Assembly (NCBI RefSeq): GCF_032191835.1
Contig: NC_083226.1
Span: 157,294,001 to 157,358,000 of the forward strand
DNA: 64,000 bases
Direction: 5' to 3'
DNA from: Heteronotia binoei
Lineage: Eukaryota
The notes under the pieces are model-generated. The model had not been told where the DNA came from, did not search any database, and was given only the letters and a program-made list of their open reading frames with translations. The first letter of the stretch is position 1. Each line of letters begins with the position of its first letter. Shown one piece after another: positions 31,260 through 43,300 of this stretch. The position numbers and the translations under genes were made by a program.

Positions 31260-31346
31260 TTACGTCTCCAGCAACTTCAAGAGCTTTTGTATCTCCTTAG
31301 ATCTCCTATGCCGGGGCCCATAAACAGCAACCTGGATCTCCGCACA
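31260..31346 (-). CDS. TTC23L: TTC23L coding exon 9 (probable last coding exon)
   Basis: catcctgcag|TGT; [31 protein letters not shown]. The stop overlaps a donor-like AC|GTAAGT. Confidence 0.75.
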   Translation of the reverse strand, partial: CAEIQVAVYGPRHRRSKEIQKLLKLLET

Positions 31347-34300
31347 CTGCAGGATGGTAAAATGACAGAGTATCATCAAGGGTCATAATCTGGATTTGTA
31401 TTCCACCTCCAGGGTGATGCATACAGTTTCCTGTCGCCCCCTCCTTCCTTTCTATCCATACAGCCACAAGTTTTCATGGCTAAGAAGGAATTTGACCCTA
31501 GGCCTCCCCAGACTTAATTCTGTACTCTAATTAGGATTGCCAACCTCCAGATGGTGAGATCACAACTTGCCTGATCACAACTGCTCTCCAGGCTTCAGAG
31601 GTCAGTTCCCCTGGAGAAAATGGATGTTTTGGAGGGTGGACTCTATGATATTATATCCCACTGAGGTAGGGTTGCCAAGTCCAATTCAAGAAATATCTGG
31701 GGACTTTGGGGGTGGAGCCAGGAGATATTAGGGGTGGACCCAAGATCAAGGCTGTGACAAGCATAATTGAACTCCAAAGGGAGTTCTGGCCATCACATTT
31801 AAAGGGACGGCACACCTTTTCAATTCCTTCCTTCCATAGGAAATAATGAAGGATAGGGGCACCTTCTTTTGGGGCTCATAGAATTGGACCCCCTGGTCCA
31901 ATCTTTTTGAAACTTGGGGGGTATTTTGGGGAGAGGCACTAGATGCTATACTGAAAATTTGGTGCCTCTACCCCAAAAAACAGCCCCCCCAGATACCCGT
32001 GGATCAATTCTCCATGATTTTCTATGGGAATAAATCTCCATAGGGAATAATAGAGTTCCCAGCAGACATTTCCTCCCCCTCCCCCCGCTTTCTGATGACC
32101 GTGAAGCGGGAGGAGGGTCTCCAAACCGGGGGATCCCCTGCCCCCACCTGGGGATTGGCAAACCTACACTGAGGTCCCTCCCCAGGCTCCGCCCCCAGAA
32201 ATGCCAGAAACTTCCTAGAGCAGGAAGCCCAGTCTCAAATTGCTACAGCACTGCAGACAAAAAGATGGTTTTCTTGTTTGTGTGTATGTGTGTCAATTTT
32301 GAGTGTCCTGGTCCACAAGGGACTTCCTTTGCTGGCTTATAGGTAGGATGACTTGGGGAGGGACGGTGGCTCAGTGGTAGAGCATCTGCTTGGGAAGCAG
32401 AAGGTCCCAGGTTCAATCCCTGGCATCTCCAAAAAAGGGTCCAGGCAAAAAGATGTGAAAAACCTCAGCTTGAGACCCTGGAGAGCCGCTGTCAGTCTGA
32501 GAAGACAATACTGACTTTGATGGACCAAAGGTCTGATTCAGTATAAGGCAGCTTCATATGTTCATGTTCATCAAGATTACACTATAATCTACCTCCCATA
32601 TATTAGAAAGAAACTGTAGGAAATAATTGGCATGTACAGGCAACTGTCCAAGTAAAGCTCCTTCTTTTAGCTGTGCACCTACTGACAGTAGGATAAGAAT
32701 ACTGAACTTACAGATGTTGATTCCAAGGAGCCCCTGTCCTAAGAGAAATTAAGTGGCGGCAATGAGCAGTCTCTTTGCGTGAAAGCTAGTACCTGACTAA
32801 AAAGATACCAACTCGGGGGTGGCCAAACTGTGGCTCTTTCACACATATTATGTATCTTATGTATATCTCAAAGCCCCCATTGGCCAGTTTGGAGAAGGCG
32901 TTTATCTCTTTAAATCATTTATCCAAGTCAAGCCAACTGGTGGCTTGGAAAATTCATTACAAGTTGCTTTCTTTCCACCTCTCCATTCTCTCCCATCTAT
33001 TTGCCTGCCTTAAAACAAAGTCCAAGCTAGACACAACAAACAGGGAACACAGTCTGTACAGAACAAAACCAACAAGAAGACCAGACAATAACAGAATAGC
33101 AGTCCTCTTAATGCAATACATTTATAAAGCAGAACAGAAGTACACACTATGTACATACTCATAAGAATAATTCATAAGGTAGCAACATGTTCATCACCCA
33201 ACAGGTAAAGAGAAATAGTCTCAAAAAACTAACTCCCATGTACTCCAAACTAATAATTCAGTCCAATGTCTCTCTATTTTAGGTGCTTGCTGACTTCTCT
33301 GGACTTGGAGACTCTTCTCCCCAAAAAATGAGCTCAGCAATTATTTTGTCTCTTTGTCAAGAGCTAAACACCCTGCTATACAGTTTCCTTGAAAATGTTT
33401 ACAATTTTGCAAAAACAGAACAAGATAAAGCCTCCACTGTTTTCAAATACCACAATGCGCATCCTTCTAGTCGGCTCCTTGCGGTGATGAACATGTTGCT
33501 GTATTATGAATAATTCTTATGAGCATGTACATAGTGTGTACTTCTGTTTTACTTTATAAATGTATTGCTTTAAGAGAATTGCTATTCTGTCACGGTCTGG
33601 TTTTCTTGTAGGCTAAAACAAAGTCCAGCAGTATCTTAAAACAACTTTTATTTCAAATTCACTTCTTCAGATACGTGGCAATGAAATCATTTTGGGAAGA
33701 TGTACAGAGAAAATTAGCAAAGGTGAAGCTGAGAACAATGTGTGAATCTCATCAAAAAAATCTTTCAAATAATTACATAATTCCCTGTGTAAGGAATTGA
33801 ATGAATTATGAAATTAAGATGCTACATGAAGAATAAGCTTAACAGAGTCCAATTTGTTACCATATGTTGCATTTTCTGAGTCACAGTCTCTTGCTAATCA
33901 CATTATCCTCTGGATGTCATGTTCTTTTTCCTTATTGGCTGAATTCAGGAATCATAAAAGTAGAAACAAGCGTAACAACTAATTCTATTTCATTTCCTTA
34001 CACCAAGAATTACACTTGAAAGAGTCATCATGGAACATACACTAAATCTCTCTGCTACCATTCTTCCTTCCTCTCTCTTTCTGTAATTTTCTCTCTAAGT
34101 ATTCCCTAAATGTTTCAGATATGTTTTACATATGTGGGGGGAAATAAGCTCTGACTCCTGAAAACTCATACTGAAATAAACATTAGTCTCAAAGGTCGTT
34201 TTCGCACTCACCTCCAGCCGGCGCGACCCCCCTCTTCACCGTGCAGGATCTGCGCGGATTTCACACTAAATGCCGCGGAGCAGCCTTTCGCGCCGGAAAC

Positions 34301-37300
34301 TCCCGTCACAAAAGCCGCGCAAACGCCAAACTGCTTTTTGGCGATTTACGTTTGAGCGGCTTTTGCGACGGGAGTTTCCGGCACAAAAGGCTGCTCCGCG
34401 GCATTTAGTGCGAAATCCGCGCAGATCCTGCGCGGTGAAGAGGGGGGTCGCGCCGGCTGGAGGTGAGTGCGAAAACGACCAAAGGAATGCAAGTGCAAAT
34501 GATTCATAGCAATTAAACTAGAGTCTGTGACACAAAAAGTCAGCATGCCGGGGTCTTAAGATCTGGACAACCTGCTCCCCCACTCCTCTTCATTTTTTAA
34601 TTTTTGGTAACATCTGGCTTGATGAAGTGTTCTGATGAGCTCAAATGCATGCACGTCTTGTGGACTTTTGTTTTATTTGACTATATATATTGCCTGCCTC
34701 CTAGAATTTACATATTCAAAATCTGCACGAGATGGCAGCACAGCTATTTGACAATTACCTTACTGAGCCACTGGTAACCTTCCTTCACCTTCTTCTCTGC
34801 TAGGCAGAGCCCACCCATAATATAAAATCTTTCAGCTGCTTTTTCATTGAAGTCACTACAGAGATCTGTCTGGGACACAAATGACTCTCGAAGTAGAGCA
34901 TAGGCTTGCTAGAAAAGAAGATTAAAAAAAAAATAGTTTTCTATACAATAATAATGTATCAGTTATATTCGGCCCTGGAAGATTCCCTTTTACTTTAGTG
35001 GATGTTTTAAAAGAAGATTATTTTTTGTTCCCTCCTTGACAGAAGCAATGTAAACTATGGAAAAATCCACACTTGTGATTCAGATGCTGTTGGAGACCAG
35101 AGGCAGAAGTTCAGTAACTTCGTGAAGGTCATATCATACGTTAATATTATATCCATAGACAAATAGAGGCTCTTATAACATCTTGAATTATTTGTCATTA
35201 GACTTTGTTTCATACTAGAAACCAAATCAGTATGAAAATATTAAACCATTCACATCCAACACTCCCATAGATGAACATAAACTGTGTTGAAGTTTTTTTT
35301 CATCATCATCATATAAAATGGGTTTTGGTAAATATCTTTACAAGATAACAGGACATAACCAAAAGGTTCTATAATGAGAAGGTCTAAAAGTGTCAGTGAC
35401 TTAGTTCACATTAAAGAGTTGTGAATGCCATTTGTTTAATAAAAGAATCTGCCTTCGGTGGGGAGGGCGGGATATAAATTAAAAATTATTATTACTATTA
35501 TTGTTGTTGTTGTTGGAATCATAAATAAAAACTCCCAAGATCTGGAGTGTTTCCAACATCTTGATATCCCAGCCAACCTAGTATGAGAAAAATACTCAAA
35601 TCTTTACACAGTACATGTTCAATACTTAACCAGTAACTGACCCACCTGTCTATTTTTAAAATGTTGATGAAATGGGGATTCTAATCTAAACTAGTGCCCA
35701 GGATGCTAGAGTAATCTTTAGTCTAAGAAGAAGAGGAATAGTTTGTCTCCACATCCATGAATACTAATTCTCTTCACCCAATTGGCTACATTACAAACTG
35801 CTTTTGTGTGCGTGCACAAATTTTTAATTCGATAAGGACCACCAAAAAAGTTGTCTGGCCCTGCTTGGGAGTGAAGATGTAATGGGCAGGAGACAAGCAG
35901 TATGGACAAGTCACCTCCTTAATTCATTACACAGGAAGAGGCTAGATGGAGGTTTTTAAACAGAGGCTAGATGGCCATCTGACAACAATGCTGATCCTGT
36001 GAATTTAGGAGGTGGTATTTGTAAATTTCCTGCATTGTGCAGGGGGTTGGACTAGACGACCCTGGAGGTCCCTTCCAACTATGATTCTAAAAATCTGCAT
36101 GTACACCTTTAGAAGTCAGATGTGGTTATGCTCCAACAAAAGATACTTGCAGCCCCATTTCACATGGTTCTGTTCTATTATTCATTAATAAACAGGGCTT
36201 TTTTTGGAGCAGGAACACACAAGAATGCAGATCCAGCTGGCTTGGTGTCAGGGTGTGTGGCCTAATATGCAAATGAGCTCCTGCTGGACTTTTTCTATGA
36301 AAAGCCCTATGCAACAATGGTGACACAAGGGGGTGTGGCCCAATATGCAGGCTACTACCCAGATCTCCTGTTACCTCTCTCTTCTCTACACGCACAAGCC
36401 ATTTACTGAATTCCTCCAAGGTATTAATCGTCTGAGGATGGTCTGCCCCCAGTGCTGCTTTGTAAGCCGCGAGACTCTCATTGAAATACATTTCAGCCGT
36501 CTCTATAGAAAACAAGAGCAGGACACCTTGTGTTTAAGCATGTTATTTACATCATCTCTTTTCCTAAAGAATGGACCATTTGAATTCCAGTTCCATGATT
36601 TTTTTAAAAAAGCATTGAGCTACATTGGATTATGTCTCTAAATTCCTGACCATCCCGCATTAAAGAAATCAGGAACTGAAGTGTGGAAGGTTTCTGATGG
36701 AGATCTAGGATGGCGAAGGAGGACGAGAAGGAGATTGGGTTTATACCCCACCCTTCACTACCCAAAGGAGTCTCAGTGCGTCTTATACTTTCCTTTCCTT
36801 CCCTCCCCACAACAGACATCCTGTGAGGTTGGTGTATGGTTGCCAAGTCCGGCAGCTGTTCTAGGCGTCCCCCAACATCACCGGCACGATGAAATCACCC
36901 AGAAGTGATGTCACGTGGCGGCTGTTCTAGGCGTTTCTGGAAAAAAACTATGGTTTTCTAGGGTTGCCAAGTCCAATTTAAGAAATATCTGGGGACTTTG
37001 GGGGTGGAGCCAGGAGACATTGGGGGCAGAGCCAAGAGCAAGGGTGTGACAAGCATAATTGAACTCCAAGGGAGTTCTGGCCATCACATTTAAAGGGACT
37101 GCACAAATTTTTAAATGCCTTCCTTCCATAGGAAACAATGAAGGATAGGGGCACCTTCTTTTGGGGCTCATAGAATTGGACCCCCTGGTCCAATCTTTTT
37201 GAAACTTGGTAGGTATTTTGGGGAGAGACACTAGATACTATACTGAAAATTTGGTGCCTCTATCTCAAATCACAGCCTCCCCAGAGCCCCTGATACCCGT

Positions 37301-40300
37301 GGATCAATTCCCCATCATTCCCTATGGGAATCGTTCATGGAGGTGCATGATGGCTCTGGGGGCGGGGCTTCCCCCGCCGGCCAGCTGGCCGGGGGATCCC
37401 CCTCTGGGACCTGGGGATTGGGAAGCCTATGGTTTTCCCAGATGCTCTAGCCATTTGGGAGGGAAAACTCTACGGTACCTGCAGAGTTTTCCCTCCCAAA
37501 TGGCTAGAGCATCCAGGAAAACCACAGAGTTTTCCCAGAAGCACCTAGAGTCGCCACCGCGCAACATCGCCGGTGCGATGATGTTATTTCCAGGTGACCA
37601 ATGTAGGCCGGCAGGGAGCCCCCGCCCGGACCAGAGGCTTGGTAGCCCTAGGTAGGTGAGGCTGAGAGCTCTGACAGAAACTGCTCTTTCCAGAACAGCC
37701 TCTGACAGAGTTATGCCTGACCCAAGGTCACTCCTGCAGTAGACTGTTCTGAGCCAGCTCAAGGTATTTTGTTGCCTCACATGAAGTACCGTATATGTCT
37801 GTCAGCTCTTAGGACCATACCACCTAAGGGCGGGGGGAGGCTGCCTGGTCCCCATCAATCCAAACCCTGAGACTCACTGGGTGGGGCCTGATTATATCAT
37901 GTGGTTGGTCCTAGTGAAGTCATATAGAAGGGCAGCCTTAATGGTAGTACTGCCAGACATCACTAGGTATGATACCACAAGGTATCTGTAAACTAGGGTT
38001 GCCAATCCCCAGGTGGGGGCAGGGGATCCCCTGGTTTGGAGGTCCTTCCCCCGCTTCAGGATCGTCAGAAAGCGGGGGGGAGAGGAGGGAAATGCCTGCT
38101 GGGAACTCTTATTCCCTAGGGAGATTTATTCCCATAGAAAATAATAGAGAATTGATCCGTGGGTATCTGGGGCTCTGGGGGGGGCTGTTTTTTGAGGTAG
38201 AGGCACCAAGTTTTCAGTATAGCATCTAGTGCCTCTCCCCAAAATACCCCCCAAGTTTCAAAAAGATTGGACCAGGGGGTTCAATTCTATGAGCCCCAAG
38301 AGAAGGTGCCCTTATCCTTCATTATTTCCTATGGAAGGAAGGCATTGAAAAGGTGTGCTGTCCCTTTAAATGTGATGGCCAGAACTCCCTTTAAATGTGA
38401 TGGCCAGAGTTCAATTATGCTTGTCACAGCCTTGATTCTGGGTCCACCCCTAATGTCTCCTGGCTCCACCCCCCAAAGTCTCCTGGCTCCACCCCCAAAG
38501 TCCCCAGATATTTCTTGAATTGGACTTGGCAACCCTACTGTAAACATATATAGTATCACAAAGCATGTAGCTTTGAAGACATAGGCTATTTATCAGACCA
38601 AGCAAACATTTTAAAAATGGTGAATAAAAGGCCTTCTGCACAAACTCAGAGGTGATGCAACTTAGATTTGTCAACAAATGGCTACTTTGGACAGCTGGGT
38701 GGACTCTCTGGTACTATACCTTGCTGAGCTCCTTCCTCTCCCCAAATCCTGCCCTCCCTAGGCTCCACCCCCAAATCTTCAAGAATTTCACAACCCAGAG
38801 CTGACTCCCTAGATGCAAGACAAGAACATTTTGTAGTAAGGTTGCCAGCTTCCAGGTGGGGCCTGGAGATCTCCCACTTTTACAACTGAATTCCAACTGC
38901 CAGAGATCAGCTCCCCATTCCTCCACTTGCATCTGCTGGAATGGCCTTGGGTTAGCCATAGCTATCACAGGAGTTGTCCTTTAAAGGGCAGCTGCTGTGA
39001 GAGCCCTCTCAGTCCCACCCACCTCACAGGGTATCCGTTGTGGGGGAAGAAGATATAGGAGATTGCAAGCCGCTCTAAGTCTCTGATTCAGAGAGAAGGG
39101 TGGGGTATAAATCTGCAGTCTTCTTCTTCCTCCAGGACAACTGCTCTTTGCCATCTGGAGATCAGTTGTATTTCAATGAGGAGAACTGCAGGCCCCACCT
39201 GGAGGCTGGCAACACTGAGTCCTCCCTGGGCATTTCCACTTCTTTACCTGCATGCTCTTGTTCTCCAGTTGCGGCATAAGCCTTGCCTAATAGTAATGCT
39301 GTGGATGCTGCTTCAGCACTGAATTTCGTGTGCACAGTTAATGCAATGCAGTGGGCCTATTAGGGAAAAAAATGGGCAAACATGAAAATGCGACAGCCTC
39401 CCGCCTTTGCCATTTCCTCCTTATTTCTCCAAGGATCTTGGTGGTAGAAAGCACCATCAAGTCATGGGCAACTCGTGGCAATCCCATAGGGTTTTTAAGG
39501 TAAGAGAAGTGGTTTGCAATTGCCTTCCTTTGTGCGGTGACCCTGGTATTCCTTGGTGGACTCCCATCCCAGTACTAACCAGAGTTGACCCTACTTAGGT
39601 TCTGGGATCAGACTAGCCTGGCCCATCCAAATCAGGGTTACCAGGAAGGACCTTAATACAGTAATTATGCATGAAGTGTAATGCAGGGGGATTTTTTTGT
39701 AGCAGGAACTCCTTTGCCTATTAGGCCACACAACCCTACTGTAGCCAGTCCTCCAAGAGCTTACAGGGCTCTTATTCCAGGGCCTACTGTAAGCTCCAGG
39801 AGGATTGGCTACACCAGGGGGTGTGGCCTAATATGCAAAGGAGTTCCTGCTACAAAAAAAAAGCCCTGGACTGTAATATCCAGAACTGAATTTACTTTTC
39901 ACTAAGCTTCACCCAGGGAAGGAGCTGTAGCACATCTGCTTTGCATGCAGAAGGCCCTATTTAACCTTTCTTCATAGGGAAGGCATTCCATCCCCTTAAT
40001 CATTTCAGTTGACCTTTTCTACACCTTTTCCACGCACCGCTATACCATGCAATACCATGCCGCTTCCCTCCAATAGGTTCCTTGTGTTTGTGGGTGTAAA
40101 GTGCGGTCAATGTTGCAGTCTTTTGGCCACCTCAGCTAGGGGTTTTCAAGGCAAGCGAGCAGAGCAGCAGAGGTGGTTTGCCATTGCCTGCCTCTGCAGA
40201 GTCCTCCTTGGTGGTCTCCCATCCAACCCAAAATGAAAAAAGAGCAAAAAAGAGGGCAGACCTCTCTAAGAAATCACAGACAACTGACCCTGCTTAGCTT

Positions 40301-43300
40301 CTGAGATCTCATGAAATTGGTCTGCATCATGCTGCCTTCCTTCCTTGCATGAAGTTCCTTACCAGCAATAGATATCCTATGGATTGTTTGTGATTGTTAT
40401 TCGCTTGTTCAGTGTGGGCTATCTCTTGATAAAGATCAATCAGCTCTGGAGCCGTCTCTCCTCTAGTTGCAATTACAGCAGTGATGGCCTTCTTAAAATG
40501 CCTCATCGCCAAAACTGGCTTGTTCTGCTGCAAACACGCCCTGGAAGAAAGAGCAGAGCAATCAGAATTTCAAGACCAAAAAATAAGAGAAGAAAAAAAT
40601 GCAGTCCTTTAAAGAAGCAATTGGGAAACATTTCAAAATTGCTACTACAGCCTTCTGCTTCTGTCATTTTAAAAAACGTGTCTCAGATATGAATTCTGAA
40701 AACATTGAACAAGTTTCCAGTGACTTGCAAGGCAAAAATCTGTAAAGGTTTGCAACCAAAGAAGAAGAAGATGATGATATTGGATTTATATCCCGCCCTC
40801 CACTCCGAAGAGTCTCAGAGCGGCTCACAATCTCCTTTACCTTCCTCCCCCACAACAGACACCCTGTGAGGTGGGTGGGGCTGCGAGGGCTCTCACAGCA
40901 GCTGCCCTTTCAAGGACAACCTCTGCCAGAGCTATGGTTGACCCAAGGCCATGCTAGCAGGTGCAAGTGGAGGAGTGGGGAATCAAACCTGGTGCTCCCA
41001 GATAAGAGTCCGCACACTTAACGACTACACCAAACTGGCTCTCCCTGATTTTATAGAATCATAGATCACAATACTGTAACATTATGTTAAACCACTGAAA
41101 AACCCACTCATGCCTGGCAGACCAAGATAGCCCTCCATGGAAGCAGCAGGGTAGGTGTGGGGATTGTGGTGCTATTGGCCAGGGTTGCTCATATGGTAGA
41201 CTGGCTGACCACCCAAGGCCTCCAAGTTGCTGAGGTTCCTGCAAAGAATCCTTGGTCTGATTCAGCCAGAAAGTCTCTGCTTGTGTTTTTAAAGACTGTA
41301 TGTTTAGGATCACTGAACTCAGCTCAGTTATGTCTCAAATGAGTACACACTCCTGCTTGGGGAGGGGCTGTAGGTCAATGGTAGGGCATCTGCTTTGAAT
41401 GCAGAAGTTCAGTCCCCGAGATTTCTAGCCCAAAGGATCAGGAAACTATTGATTCAGAGCCACGCAGGGCACAGAGTTTTGGGATAGAGAAAGGAAACAG
41501 CTGTTTGGTGTAGTGGTTAAACTACAGTTTGGCTAAGTGGTTTTGGTGGTTAAACCAGTGGTTTGGTGGTTAAGCCAGTGCTTAAGCCAGTTTGGTGTAG
41601 TGGTTAAGTGTGCGGGCTCTTATCTGGGAGAACCAGGTTTGATTCCCCACTACTCCAAATGCACTTGCTGGAATGGCCTCGGGTTAGCCATAGCTCTTGT
41701 AGGAGTTGTCCTTGAAAGGGCAGCTTCTGGGAGAGCTTTCTCAGCCCCACCCACCTCACAGGTTGTTGTGGGGGAAGGGGATAAAGGAGATTGTAAACTA
41801 CTGTGAGACTGGTTCAGAGAGAAGGGTGGGGTATAAATCTGCAGTCTTCCTCTTCTTCTTCCCTTATCCAGCACTTCTTATCAATGCAATGCAATGGGAT
41901 TTCTGGGAGAGCTGGACTTTGAAGCTCTTGATTCCAGAAGCAGGCTGTCTGCCAGGGGACTGTCCTGGGGGTGCATGGAGTTGGATGGGATCCCAAGGCC
42001 CATCTAATCCATCCCCCTGCACTTTGAAGGGAATTCACAGCTACCCACCCTGCAACCCCCAGTGACTCCTGCTCTATGCATATTTCAGGGTGGCCTAAAG
42101 CTTATTTTGTGATGTAGCTCCACCTAGTTCCTTAATCTAGTTCCTTAATCTTTAGGGAGGGGCCATGGCTCAGTAGCAGAGCCTCTGCTAGGGGTGCCAG
42201 TTCTGAGTTGGAAAATACCTGGAGACTTTGGAGGTGGAGACAGGAGAGGGCATGGTTTGGAGAGGGGAGAGGCCTCAGCATGGCCTAATGCCACAGAGTC
42301 CACCCTTCAAAGCAGCCATTTTCTCCAGGGGAGCTGATCTCTGCCAGCTGGAGATCAGTTATAAAAGTGGGAGATCTCTAGGCCCCACCTGGAGGCTGGC
42401 AACCCTAGCCCCTGCTTTGCATGCAGAAGTCTCCTGGTTCTATTGCCAGCATTTCCCAGGTAAAAGGATGAGGCAGGAAGTGATGTGAGACCTTAAAGAA
42501 CCACTGCAGGTTTGAGTAGACAGTATTGAACTTGGTGGATCCCATGTTTTGATTTAATATAAGGCAGCTTCAATCTTCATTTCACCTGAGGCACCCCCCT
42601 CCCTTTTTGGTGCAGTTAGCACTAAAACCAGGCTTTGACCAGGGAAGAGCAGAGGTCTCCTAGGAAGGTAGTGTCCCCTCAGTTTACATATGTGTGGTTT
42701 GGGGTAGTCCAAAATTTATGCAGAGATGTAGAGCTTTTTAGGAATCATCATTATTTGTGGTCAGATTCACAATTCAGGAACCAGGAACTGCAAATGAAGA
42801 AACGGGGGAATGGCTGCAGCCTTGCAGAAGCTATATTCATTCAGTGCATGTTCTCATTTGAACTCTTTCGACAGCTCCATGAAGCTGGGTCCTTATTTGT
42901 CAGCTTAGGACAGAATGATTACTCGTTCATTTACCTGCCCAATGCAGTAGCCAGGTCTTTCTCAGAGATTTTCCATTCAGTGGCCCCTTCCCACTCGCTC
43001 CCCTTCAGTTCTTCCATGACCCGTTCTGCCTTTTGCAAATTGCAAAAAGATTCTTTGCTGGTAGAAACCATTAAGGTCAACAGATCAATTTTGAAATCTC
43101 ATTAACAATAACACAGAGGCTTGTGCAACCAATGTGCCCTCTCAGGTGTGGAGTCTTGTGAGCAAAAATGCTACTTTGTGAGCTACTGGCATTAAAGGTG
43201 TGAGCTACTGCATAAATTTGTTTGTTCTAGGGGCCTTTTTCCTGAGCTGAGACAAAAATGTGTGAGCTGGAGGCTAAAAAATTGTGAGCAGCTAGCTCAT

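Noticed and set aside
32355-32430. tRNA gene (also the heads at 27718, 29190 and 41585)
   Set aside because: A and B boxes are present but there is no complete cloverleaf, and each continues into a SINE body.
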